Of a stretch of DNA of 64,000 nucleotides, positions 50,547 through 63,000 are shown in pieces. Every line of letters begins with the position of its first letter. Position 1 is the first letter of the stretch. The notes under the pieces were generated by a model, which had not been told where the DNA came from, did not search any database, and saw only the letters and a list, made by a program, of their open reading frames with translations. The translations under genes and the position numbers were made by a program. The DNA comes from Leidyana gryllorum EB-2025a (taxonomy: Eukaryota > Protista > Apicomplexa): NCBI GenBank assembly GCA_048772705.1, contig JBLWGC010000177.1:62001-126000 (forward strand), in the 5' to 3' direction.

Positions 50547-53500
50547 ATGGCTCTATGGCCCTATGACCCCAGGGGTCTGTGGCGCTTGTCTCTATCCAAT
50601 ACTCTACCCGCCGTCTCCTCTGCTTTTCCGCCGTCTCCTCTGCTTTCCCGCCGCCTCCTCCCTCTCCACCGCCCCCGGTCGACTGCAGCTGTCTCAGGTG
50701 GTGGTGTTCACCGATCACTCCAGCGGAAACTGTCTGCCGAGTTTGGATTGGTGGTTATATCAGATCCAGTTAAAGAGCGGATTCGCAACGTTGAGGTTGA
50801 AGAAGCTCTGCATCAGATCCAAGCAGGTTCCACTTTGCTGAAATACTGCAGCGGGCGATTCAAATCAGTGAGTTTGAGCAGCTGAGTACGTCTCCGACAG
50901 ACCGAGCGACCCTCTTTTTGACAGCCACATGAGAGACACTTCTATGTGGATCTCGATTTGATGATTATTCGGTGGTTGAGTCCCAACAAATCGGTGACAG
51001 AGTCACAGATTTACCTCTCCGACATTGCCCGAATCGTGCCTGGCACGGACAGCGACTTTTGGCGAGTGAGTGTGCCCGCGGTTTCGACCGGTGTCTCTGT
51101 TTTACAGAACATTTCCGACAGCTCCGAAGCGACAAAGAGCGAAGCGACCTTGGAATAGAGATACTGGCGGGAGTTCGGAAGTTGCGAGTGGCGTGCAAGG
51201 ACGAGTGTGAATGGAAGCTTTGGTTCACTGGGCTGTTGTATGCCCAGCAGCGATCGATCACGAGTCTCCAGGGAGAAGGGAGTTTGTCGAGCAGCTTCAT
51301 CCGGAAACAGTGGGATCTGACCGACCGAAATAGGGACGGAAAGGTTCAATTCGACGAGGTACTTATCCTACTTAAGCGTCTGAACTGCAAGTTAGTGGTC
51401 AATTCATTTTCTGCCCACTCGACTGATTGCTGCCTTAGCACCGATATCGGCTATGCTTCCGAACTGTTCAAATCTGCAATTGCAACCCGCGACCGCGACG
51501 CGGACGGTCTGACCTTTGAGGAATTTAAGATAGTGAGCGAACCGCGGGTATACTTTGTGTGTATCCCTCCATTGTGCACTCAGATGTTGCAAAGGCTACT
51601 CACACACGTTGATGTGATGTCGTACTTTGAGCATTATATCAAAGGGGATATGGGGAAAGATCGCGTCATGTCTGTGGAATCCTATATAGAGTTCCTCAAA
51701 GAGGTGCAGGGGGCCGATCAATCCGAGATTGACCGCTCAGTCCGGATTCTGCGAACCCTTTCAGGACCCTTCGCCGCACATGACGAGAGCTACATAACAG
51801 ATTTGGGGTTCAATGCCCTCATAACAGGCGAATTCAACTCCATATTCGACCCCCAAAAGCAACGCAAGTACCAGGATATGTCCAGACCCATCACCGACTA
51901 CTATATTGCTAGCAGTCACAATACCTATTTGACAAGTAATTCTCAAATGCAAAAATCGGGCTCCCATCCCTTTCCGCAGGTGATCAGGTTGTCGGTCGCT
52001 CGGCGGTGGGCCAATACATCGAAGTGCTATTGACTGGATGTCGATGCGTCGAATTGGACTGTTGGGACGGTCCCGATGGAGAGCCTGTGATCTTTCACGG
52101 ATATACATTGACTTCCAAGATCCCCTTCGAAGCAGTGGTGAAGGCATGTAGAGACTACGGATTTAAGGTACCCTTCGTCGCCACACACTTACTGCCGTCT
52201 CTCAGAGAAATCCCTATCCAATCATATTGTCATTGGAAATGCACTGCTCGGCCCGTCAGAAGGCCAGAATTGGCGACATCCTCCACGAAGTGTTGGGGAA
52301 CTCCTTGCATGTTCTTACCGAATGTGAGCACCAAATGAATCCCACCCCTCCTATCGCCTCGCAGTGGACAAGCATCAACCGCCGTCTCCTGAGAGCCTCA
52401 AGTACCGCTTCCTCGTCAAAGGAAAGGTCCTCGGCGAAGGAGACGTGGAAGAAGAAGAAGAAGGAAACGAAGACGACCTGCAGGCAGAAGAAACTGAAAT
52501 TCGACAACAACTCCTCAATGAATTCCCTCAAGCTTTCTGTGTTGACATAGACTTACCAAATCTCGTACTCCCCCCTAAAGGCATGGGAGACATAATGGTG
52601 CAAACAGCCCGCGACAAATCTGGAGATCGCGAAACTTCCGGCTCCGATGCACGGCGCGGGCCCTCCTCTACGAGTGAGCCGGGCATTTTCATGGGTCTGA
52701 TCGCCCTCCACCTGTCTGTGTCTGTGTCTCCCCACCTGTGTCTGTGTCTATGTTCACCACCTGTGTCTGTCTCCCCTCCACCTGTGTCTGTCTCCCTTCC
52801 ACCTGTGTGTGTCTCCCCTCCACCTGTGTGTGTGTCTCCCCCACTTGTCTAACGTCTCCTGCTTTGATAGGATCCGCCGACGACTTGAGTCATTATTACG
52901 AAGCCATCTGTTTGCCCGGCAAAAAGTTGAGGAGCTTCGACGATCGCAGTCGACATGGTAAGCCGTAGAGTTGGGTTCTTATTGGCAAGGCTGAGCAGCA
53001 ATGCACGTATGTACATTCAATGAGCGCAGGTTGATGCGACTCTACAAGTTGGAGGCGCCGCAATTGGTCAAATTCCATCACGACTATCTGTCTAGAATAT
53101 ACCCGGCGGGTACCCGTGTCATGTCTTCTAATTACAATCCAATCTTTTGCTGGTCGGTCGGCTGCCAGATGGTTGCACTTAATTACCAAGTGAGTGTCCA
53201 CTTGACTCAATGTCTCATTAACACCGCCCGGCCGATCTCGCAGGCGGTTGGTATGGCTCTGTTACTCAATGTGGGCCGATTCAATGAAAACGGCAACATG
53301 GGCTACGTCCTGAAACCGCCCATTCTCACTGATAGTAGCATCTCGAGCTTCGATCCTCACAGATTGGACCCGGCAGTGCTCGAGCGCGGGGGAGAAGAGC
53401 CCTGCATGATAACATTACAGGTGGGCCCCACTGATCACAATCAGCTCTGGAACATCCACCTTCCTGTCCAGATCTTGGCTGGACAACAATTACCAAGACT

Positions 53501-53944
53501 CAAAGTGCGTGACGATGATGGGCGGAAACGGGATATGGCCTGCCCCTCGGTCACCGTGTCTGTACAAGGGGTACCCGGCGATACCACGACAAAAAAGACG
53601 ACTTCCGTCAGCAATAATGGCCTGAACCCTCGCTGGAACAATCAAGTGTTGGAGTAAGTTTGATCTATGTGCGTGTGTGTGTGTATCTGACACGGGACCT
53701 TCTCAGTTTCGTAATTGCCGTACCATCTTTGGCAATAATGGTATTTGAGGTTCGTCATAGTGACAATGCCCGTTCGGAGTACTTGGCTGGGAACGCTATT
53801 CCGGTGAATTGTATTCGACCTGGGCTTAGATGGGTGCCCCTCTATGATGCGCATGGTCGTTATGTTCGATGGTCCGGTCTAATAGTGCACGCCAAAAAAA
53901 CCCCAACTGTTCTGGACAAAGCCCGGTTTGAGCTGAGTTCGTAG
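50547..53944 (+). CDS. Phosphoinositide-specific phospholipase C (PH, EF-hand, X, Y, C2), multi-exon; start approximate
   Basis: [91 protein letters not shown] and [10 protein letters not shown]. Confidence 0.95.
52708..52849. repeat. Intronic minisatellite of ~20-23-nt units (ccacctgtgtctgtctcccct)
   Basis: Six to seven imperfect ccacctgtgt(c/g)tgt copies in tandem inside a PLC intron. Confidence 0.85.
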
Positions 53945-54025
53945 TTGAGATCTAAGATAACATACGGTGATACTGACCCATGTGTACGGTGTCATTTTGG
54001 AAAAATAGTTTTTTGGGTTATACCA

Positions 54026-55429
54026 ATGAGATCTGTGGTTCTTCCCCTGGTGGCCCTTGCGGTCGGACCCGCGACGGCCGTTGACATTATAGCTCACCGA
54101 GGGTTCAGTGGAGCGTACCCTGAATCGACCAGTGCCGCAAACATCGCGGCCGTGAAAGAGGGGGCGGATTGGCTGGAGTGTGACGTAGTGCCCTCCAAGG
54201 ACGGCGTTGTGTACTGCAGTCATGAGCCCCATCTGGCCGAGCTTAATTCGGATATCACCCGCTTCAAGCATCGTGAGAGATTCCCATTGGATGGTATCCG
54301 CAGGGCCACTGTGGAAAGAGCACCAGATGGGAACTACTACAATACTGTTGAAGGCTGGTTCTTCAGCGACTATAACTCGGTTGACATTGATGAGCTGAAG
54401 GTCGCTCAGCGGTACATGGAGAGAGATCAATCCAACAGCCTGGCAGAACCATTCCTGAAATTGAAAGATTTCATCAAATTCGCTCGAAGTGAAAAAGTTG
54501 GACTCTATATCGAGCCAAAGCATTCTGACTGGTTTTATGACGTTGCCGGCATCGAGCTTAATATGCTCATTGTAAAGGAACTGGTGGAAGGTTTCGGGGG
54601 CGAGCTTGTTGATGCTTCAGCGGACGAAATCCCTGAGATCGATCTCGAAGCACTCAACCCCCCCAACTCGGAACTTGCCATGTGGAAAGAGACTCTGGAA
54701 AGCGCTAAAGCAAAGGCAGAGGGGAAGAAAGTTGTATTCCCCAAGAACGCGTTCGATATTCCAGTTGTGATCGAAAGTTTCCTATACGAAGATTTGGCTT
54801 TTTACAAATACATTGGCTGGGCCGATCAGCAACCCACCTGTGCACTCACGTGGGATGCCAGGGGCCTCCCTACCTCCAACTGGGGTGAAACCTACCTCAA
54901 GGGGGAGAAATTCGTTGACTCCAATGAGAACAGCGACGAAGACTGGCAAGACGACTCTGGGCCTTCACTCAGATCTGTCGCCGTAAACGCTGCCAGCATG
55001 AAAGCAGTCAACGCCAAGTACCTCGGACCCGATAAGAACCTCCTCATTACGCACGAGGATCTCGTGTCCACTGCTCACAAGGAGAAGATCCAGGTCCATA
55101 TCTGGACGCTTCGCAACGACAACGCGAACCATGTTGCCCGTGGCCCCTGGCCCCCTGCAGCGGATGCGGCTACTGCGTCAGAGTACGAAAAGATGCCAAA
55201 GACCATTGTCGCCCGCGATGCCAACATCCCTAAACAATTCCGATCCTGTGTGACTCGCGAACTGGACTACTTTGTGGAGGCTGGAGTGGACGGAATTTTC
55301 ACAGACAACGTCAACACTCTCAATTTGTATCTAAAGAGGCAAAGGGCCAACAACAGCGGTATTTCCCCGTCCTTCATCGGCGGCATCATTACCTCTGTTT
55401 TGTCACTGCTGGCCATACTTGCTTTCTGA
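54026..55429 (+). CDS. Glycerophosphodiester phosphodiesterase (GlpQ-like) with signal peptide and probable GPI anchor, intronless
   Basis: MRSVVLPLVALAVGPATA signal. IIAHRG, LECDVVPSKDG...CSHE, YIEPK, IESF, VHIWTLRND and GVDGIFTD. Small-residue omega region NNSG plus hydrophobic C-terminus. Confidence 0.9.
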   Translation: MRSVVLPLVALAVGPATAVDIIAHRGFSGAYPESTSAANIAAVKEGADWLECDVVPSKDGVVYCSHEPHLAELNSDITRFKHRERFPLDGIRRATVERAPDGNYYNTVEGWFFSDYNSVDIDELKVAQRYMERDQSNSLAEPFLKLKDFIKFARSEKVGLYIEPKHSDWFYDVAGIELNMLIVKELVEGFGGELVDASADEIPEIDLEALNPPNSELAMWKETLESAKAKAEGKKVVFPKNAFDIPVVIESFLYEDLAFYKYIGWADQQPTCALTWDARGLPTSNWGETYLKGEKFVDSNENSDEDWQDDSGPSLRSVAVNAASMKAVNAKYLGPDKNLLITHEDLVSTAHKEKIQVHIWTLRNDNANHVARGPWPPAADAATASEYEKMPKTIVARDANIPKQFRSCVTRELDYFVEAGVDGIFTDNVNTLNLYLKRQRANNSGISPSFIGGIITSVLSLLAILAF

Positions 55430-55459
55430 TCGATGCACCGTATCACATTCTGGTTCAAA

Positions 55460-55820
55460 GTTCCCGTAGCCCGACTGTGTCCATCTAAGAGCGAAGAAAA
55501 GGGCTACTTTTGCGACCAAACTGATAACGAAAGATAGTACGACCAGGTTAGGCAGTCGTAGGATCAAAACACACAGAACACACACACACCGAGACCACGC
55601 ACAACACACCAACAACATACACACTCTTCCATTGACCTTAACTCATCGGTGTCGGAGAAGCGCGCTACGAAGTTGGTACCCCCGACTAGCCTCAGTCAGA
55701 GTTTTCTGGAAGCTTCAACAGCTCCGCCGCGGGTCATAGTTGGCGAGAAACTGCGGCATGCGCATTCACATTTACGCTTGGTTTCAGCACTTTAGCAGTT
55801 GGGCGATGAGTCGCTGGCGG
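55460..55820 (-). ncRNA. Candidate structured non-coding RNA of unassigned class
   Basis: No convincing ORF. Several inverted-repeat stems, two needing G-U pairs that work only on the minus strand. TATAAATA on the minus strand at 55848-55841. Confidence 0.25.
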
Positions 55821-55840
55821 GTGGTAGCTGGAGCTGGGCA

Positions 55841-55848
55841 TATTTATA
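55841..55848. promoter_or_regulatory. TATA-like element between the candidate ncRNA and the importin gene
   Basis: tatttata on the plus strand (TATAAATA on minus), adjacent to ccaat at 55852-55856. Confidence 0.3.
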
Positions 55849-55911
55849 GAACCAATAGACCTACCACTTTTTTGGGTGTGTGGCTTTTTAGGAGATCGCT
55901 ATGTGTTTGAT

Positions 55912-58900
55912 ATGGAAGGCGAGTGTACATATTATGAAGAAGAGGCAGTATCATCTTCGGACAGAGCGTCATATAATGATGCGACGGAGGCCACAATTGA
56001 CCGGCTGATCGGTAGTATGTTATCACTAGATCGCGATGAGCGTGATGCGTGTGAAAAGGAGATTGAGTCCCTGGCGAGCCCTGAGCGGTTGGCAAAGCTG
56101 CTCCTCAGTCTGGCCCATTACGGTTGCAGAGGTGCCTTTGCGGAGCGTCTTGCGGTCAGCGAGTCTGCTTCTTATCGAGCTGGCGTCGATGATGAGGACG
56201 GGTCCCGTCGACTCTTCTTCAGCGACGACGAGACTGGTACTCCTCAGGGGGGGCGAGGGTACCGGATGTGTCTGACTCCCGCATCGGACCGCCCGCTTTT
56301 TGGGGGTGGTCCGCCAGCGCTTACTCCGTGTCACCATACGGCATCACCGATAACCTTCAGAACCTCGAGAGAGTTTGGTGACCGGTCAACTGCCCACTTG
56401 GGAGGCGACGGGAAGGAAATGGAGGAGTCGGATACGTTCACTCCGAGTATAGTGCGGGGGAAGTCGTTTGAAGCCGCCTTTTCCCCGCCACGGCGGTTGT
56501 GGAGTCCGGAGAACGAGGACACCGCAAAGCAAAAGCGTGAGTTGAGCTTCATAGTTCTGAGAAAGTATGTGGTGAGTGGGTGGAGCGATCTGAGTGAGGT
56601 GACCAAGGAGAGCCTCCGTAATGTGCTCTTGAACAATTATGTGAGTGTGAGTAGATGCGATTCCAAGAGACTGGGGCCGATTATGACGAATGTAATTGCC
56701 GTCGTTGCCAAGCTCGGGGGTTCTTTGAAACATTGGAAGGGGTTCATAGAAACGATCCAACTGACCTTACAAGAGCTTTACAACAAGTCTCACCATGACG
56801 ACTTGTACAATGTCCTATGTCTGTTGCTGGAAATGAGTCAGGTGGACTCTTATAATAAGGTGGTGGATACCGCTCGGCCTCCCTCGTCCCCCCCGGACCA
56901 TCTGGCCGGCTCCTACTCACTCATCGCGTTCGACCTGCTCGATGCGGAGTATGGGCTGCAAACAGCCTTTCTGCACATGGGCAAAGGAATGAAGCAATAT
57001 CGCTTCACGTCCCTCCGCGAGGTGAGTGTCGTCCGTATGGTCCCACCTGTGTCTTTTGCTCCGCCAGGAAGACACATTGCCGGCCAAGTGTCGCCGGATC
57101 TGTTTGGAGACACTGCGCAACGCACTGCAACGATTGACAGCTGTGCCGAGCCCAGGCGGGCGTCTGGGGAATGGGGTCTCGTTGGCGGCCCCGAAGTTCC
57201 TGAAAGCGCATGTGGTTCCGAGATTTTATCTATGGGCGAAGATCTATGACGAGATAATGGATGAGTTGGTGGACAGTTGCACTGATATCGAGTGCATCAA
57301 GGGGGGGATATGTGTACTGAAGACGCATAAGCTGCTCTTGACAGAGAGTCTAAGCACTCACTTTGAGCCGTCCTACAATCTGATAGAACGATTTGTCAAA
57401 CTCATCAGTCAGTGTCTCCAAGTTCTGAGAGCTTACTACAAGTATTTTGAGAATATGGTCATCAATGAAGCCGACTTTACGGGACAGATCGAGGAAGATG
57501 AAGACGGAGGACCCATCGCTTTCATCATCCATTTTGCTCACTTCTGTGCCAGCGCTGTATCCCGTCGGAAATTCCGCACTGTCGTAAGTAAATCTCTCGA
57601 GGAAATCACAAATGTTCTTGCCTTGTTTGCTCAAGTCGTCGAAGCTCAGGTGAGACAGAGGGAGACAGAGACACATCACTATCACACTATCACTGCCCTC
57701 CACTACCCCCCTCGTCCCCACTTTCCATGTGATCCTCTTTGCAGAAAGCTCAATGGTCGAAAGATGCTGATATTTTCCTGGCGAGCGAGAACCCGTGTGC
57801 CTCATTCAATGGAACCATCCGGGTGGCGGTGCACACATTCATTGAGCGAGTACTAAACTACTGTGGTCGTTCGGGAGCGACCCGAGTTCTCAGTGCTGCT
57901 AACGGTTTGGTGGACGGGCAACAAACTCGAGAGTGGAAGTTGCTCGAGGTTTCAATGTGGATATTAGGGATAGTGGTCCGCCGAGCTGAGCGTCTCCGGG
58001 CAATAGAAGACGCGGTCATTCAAGCAGCCCTTATGAATATGGGCAGAATCCTCACTGATGAAAGTAATCAGTTTCTGAAAGCTCGTGCGCTCATGACGGC
58101 CAGCCGACTTCGCCCTTTTGTGGAAACCCGACATCCCTACGATGTACCCGCGATAGTCAAGATAGGCGTCAAATGCCTGAATGTCGAGTCGATGGTTCCC
58201 CTGAGAGTCTCAGGTCTCACCGCCATTGAAGCCTACTGGCCCACTTGCACTGCTGTCCTCAAAAGAGAGTTGGCTATCAACACCCCCTTAGGGAAGTCGT
58301 TGGCCGATATAGCTGCAGACGAATCGTCTCAACTCATGCGCCTGAAAGGATTGGAGGCATGGAAAACGATAGTTAAGAAGTGGGAGGATTCCGACGGATC
58401 ACAGGCTCTAAAGGAAGCCCTTCTCGCCACCGTCACCATCAGTTGGGAGAAAGCTGTGTGGGATCCCGATACCAAAAGCAGACTCCTCGATCTCATCACA
58501 GCGGTTCTGAGTGGATCCGACGTGAATATGAGGTAAGTAATGAAACCTCCATGCGCACACACTTTGCCCCCACCAACAGACGCTCGCTAGTCGCACACAT
58601 TCTCACCGCTATCTCAGTGGGTGTATCGGATCGGAGCAACGGAGACGCGAACCGCATATTAAGTCTCGAGGCTTTTGTCGTCATTTGCCGACAGTGGGCG
58701 GGATCTTTCAATGAAGTGTTGTGGCAAAGTGCTCAGTGTATCACACGTATAGACCAATCAGACGACCTCGAAGACAGCAATGTGGTCCTGCCGCTGGGAG
58801 AGGCCATTGGGTGGATAATGCGGAAGGGTAGAGGACTGATGACAGTGGAATTGGTGAAACCAATTGCCGCTTGTCTCAGTCGGATACTGGTCGCTCGGAA

Positions 58901-59987
58901 CATGAAACCTTGGGCTCTCAAATACGTCCCTGTGGCTACTCGTATAATGCTTTCTGTGTGTCGGAATGTCTTCAGTGCGCATGACGTGGGAGTGTTACTC
59001 GGGATGTGCTGTGTATGTGCCCTCGAGTCACAGAGTCAGCGGGTGCAAAAGGCGTTCGCCCTGGTGATATGCAGGTGTATCTGCGATAACAGTGCACAGG
59101 TGATACCCTCGATGGTCAATGCCCAGCTCAATATTGGTGGCCTCGACTGTTCAGGTGAGATCTTCGGGGAAAGAATTACAAATCGCTTTATCATCACACA
59201 GTTTTGGCCACCTTTGTCGGTCTCCTCGATGCTCTATACGTCACCGCTAACAGGGAACCCGCGACGCATTACAGTCGCGCGGTCGTCTACACTGCTGTTG
59301 TCGCCCTGATGACTGATGGACTGGAGTCTGTATTGGCGATGCCAACTTCCAGAGACGTCCCTCGGATTCTCACCGAGATTCTGCTCTATGGATTAGAGCG
59401 CGAGCTCCATCGCGCCCGTAGTGTCCGCCGACTGTCCGTTCCCGTAAGCTTTTTCTCAGTTGGCCCTTCAGTTCTCCCAATGACTTTCTCTCCCTTTTCC
59501 CCCGCAGAGCTCTGATGATGCGGTCTACAATGGAGAGCGTGACCGGCAAGGCGGGCAGATCACTGTGTCGGTATCGTCCGATGAGAGTGAGACTGTGGCG
59601 CACGAGTCAGATGGTGGGGGCGCTGAACAAGAGGGGGAAGGGATGGGTCAAACTACCATTGGCACAGGCCACGTGTGGCCCTCAATGCTGTCGATCCAGA
59701 CACTCAGCGACGGCGTCTCGCGCGATACCGAGGACGAGAGTGTGGAGCAATACGACTTGGAGGGAGACAACGAGAGGAGAAATGGAGGTCGAGATCTGAT
59801 TGAATATGAGCGACGTCGTGACCTGCGTTTCCAAAAGACTAACGTGCTGACATTGCTGCATTGCGCCTTTACTGAAGATCTTCGTGCTGTCCGCCCGGAG
59901 ATGTTTGCAGAGGTTGATAGCCCCTTAATGCTTAGATTGAAGCGGTGTTTAGTGTACCATGAGGAGGTCTGCTTGACACCCCTGTGA
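55912..59987 (+). CDS. Importin-beta family HEAT-repeat protein, importin-9-like, multi-exon
   Basis: IBN_N-like RELSFIVLRKYVVSGW...KESLRNVLL. QWSKDADIFLASE, WKLLEVSMWILG, FLKARALMTASR and LRVSGLTAI parallel importin-9 motifs. Acidic segment near the C-terminus. Confidence 0.68.
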
Positions 59988-60016
59988 GTCACCTTTTTCT
60001 CATCAGATTTGGAGGC

Positions 60017-63000
60017 ATGACAGAGGTCTGGCACGAAGTGGAGTCTGAGGCTGCTTCACTCTGTTCGGCCAGGGAGACACCTCTGACATCCTTTCAGCTA
60101 GACACTGAAACCGGAGTTAGTAATCTCGCCACGACTACACCAGCAACCCTCAGTGTACCTAAGCAACTCCATACTCCACCGCAAGTCGACCACAGGACTT
60201 CGCCCTTCGCCTTCCCCCAAAGTGAGCCCATCCACAGAAGCTCTTCTCAACAAGACGATCAACTCAAGCGTAGCCCTCACGTCACATGGGGTGTCACTGT
60301 CACTGCCCCTTCCGCATGTTTCGGGGGGGATGAGACAATCATTCCTTCGTCTACGAGCCGTACCAATTCTCCGTCTCCCATCCACCATGGTGTAGAAGAA
60401 GAAGAAATCCTCGACTATATCGATGACGACGAGGAGGAGGAGTATGAGACTGATGGAGACGATGAAGATGACGATATGGAAGAAGAACGCATCTCACCAG
60501 AAAGCCATCCTGACGGCTCGAACGGGAAAATGGAAGCTCAAGGCAGCAGTGGTGGCGAGGCCAGTGCCACCAGCCAAGACGACGAGAGCGACGGTGAAGA
60601 TGCCATGGGAGATTACGACGACGTTGATTCCTCAGACTTTGACGATTATACTCCTCTCCCCTTTCTGACACGATCTCAACTGCCACACCTCAATTCACTC
60701 CCCAACCCTTTACTGCCCATCGAGGAGGAGGACACGGAAGATACTGCAATGGCAGAAGAGTTGCAGACGGGAACCCTCAACGCTCAAGACTCTGTTCAAC
60801 ACGGGGTGTATACACGTACCCCCGCAAATCCGGCTCCGAGTAACACAAAGGAAGAAGTTTATAGTGTCGCGACCGCCAAGTTCGGCGTCGACGATGCCGC
60901 CGTGCAGTCAGACGACGAACTCGAGCCCACTCAAATCCTGCCCACTACGACGATAGATCTTCTCGCTTCACCCCCCAGTGAGCGCAGTGATGCAGGTGGG
61001 GAGAGACGGGGGGAAACTGGGGATGTTTGGGTGCCAGAAGTTTTGACTGCTGACAAAGGGGGCGCCGACGCTGACATTGGCACTCGTCAATCTCCCCCCC
61101 TCAAACCCAATGGGGCCCACGAGACCCACACTGACAAGGCGGCGGTGTCTACACTGACAGAGTCGGCCGACATATGGTTGACTGGCAACAGTCAGTGTAG
61201 CCCTGCTGGTAGGGGTCTGACCAATGCGCTGCCGACTACGCAAGACGCAATTATAATAGAGTGTCTCTCGAGAGGCGGCCTTCAGTCTCAGAATCCACCA
61301 ATGGCTCAGGAACGAATATTTGGAGGGAATGCGATACCGTCCCAACCCCGCGTCCTTATAACAGTCACTGCAGATCCGGGCCCACCAGCGCCTCCACCGC
61401 CCCCCGATCCAGCGTCAAGTGGCACAGCCCTCAGCGGAAATGCCGCCGAGCCGCCCCCCATTCTTCCACCCTCCGAATCTGAACCCGTACGGACCTTCGG
61501 GTCAAATCCGACTCCAAACTGGGGTGTGTCCGGTAGTCTAAATCTAAGTGACGAGACTGACACTCCTATGGTGGAGGCACCATGTCGTGAGAGTGGTCAC
61601 ACTCCTTCACTCAACGTGGGGGAGAACGAGCGCTCATTCAGGCCGGATACTAGAAGTTCCACCGATTCCGATCGAGTTTCGATTCCCAATATGAAGACGA
61701 ACCATTTTCTGGGATCCTCTCCTCCCAGCTCACCTGGGTTTCACAAACAATTCGATCGGTCCTCCACCATGGACACGCTGTCTCACAAACTTGAAAGTGG
61801 TGGGAGCGGCCGTATGTTTGTATGTGGACTGCTCAGCTCCTCACACGGTGCATCACCCAGTGACGGGTCGGTGGCCGCCTGGAGAGAGGAGAGTACAGAT
61901 CTTCTGAATCAAGAAGTGATGATGGAAGAGTGTACGCCTGTCCATATGGGTGTGTCCCCAATGTGTCTCTCTCGAATAAAATGCGAAGAGTTCCCGGCGC
62001 CCAGTTCTCAGAAGTTTCAGTACAAAGAGGCCGAGAAGTCAATGAACAATGATCTTCCCACCGGGTTGAAACGGCGACGCTCTGTTATGGAAGCGGGGGT
62101 TCAAACGGTCCCGATCGACGATATGGCTGTCGCTTGGTGCCGCGGAGTGGACATTGGAGTGGAAGTATTGCCCCCGAAAAAGATACGCAGGATCGTTCAC
62201 GGTGCCGTCCGTGAAGAGGAAGAGGGCAGATCAGTGTCCTCATTCTTAGCTCGAACGGATTCATGCGCCATCTTTGTCAAAAATGAGGGATGGCGTCACT
62301 CGACTGTCGGCAAATCCACCACCCTCCAATTGCCACCTCCAGCACGCACCGCACGCCTCAGACCCGCCGGTAAGCAACAAGCGAGAGTCTGGGCCGACGA
62401 GCTAATCTCATGTCCCCTGTAGCTTCTCAGATTGTTGAGCTTCCCCGTACAATGGTGAAGGACGGCAATATGAGCATTGAGAGCAGCTTATCAACAGTTC
62501 TCATGTCAGCTGCCGATGATTTGGAACTATCGTTCTCCCGAGATGGCTTTGAATACAGAGTCTCAAAACATCGCAAAGATCGCGAAATCCACCTACCGCC
62601 GAAACCGGCTGTCAATCCTACACAAAATCTCATCCCAAATCCTGTCACTGCAGACACTCTTTGTGATGAATCCTTTGTCGGACAACAGGGATGGAACCAT
62701 CAGTCTCAGTTTGCGAAGATTGGTGCCTTCCCCCCGGCTCAAGCAGCAGCACCGTCCAGCTGTCATCCCCCTCAACAAGCCCCGCTGCCTCCCCAAGTGC
62801 CCTGCCAGGCGTCACAACGCGCTCCAGCAGAGCAGCCACCCCCGCCATCACTGCAGCACCCACAGCCGCAACCGACCCACCCTCAGCAACGGCCGCAACC
62901 ACAGCACCCACAGCACCCACAGACGCACCCGCCCCACCCTCAGCAACCGTCACCAGCTGACATACGCCCAGCTGGTACGGTTGCTGGGCCGCCACCACAG

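Noticed and set aside
52708-52849. Repeat array considered as a CRISPR or as a Pro/Val/Cys-rich coding repeat
   Set aside because: There are no unique spacers or cas genes, the context is eukaryotic, and the repeat lies between splice signals within PLC.
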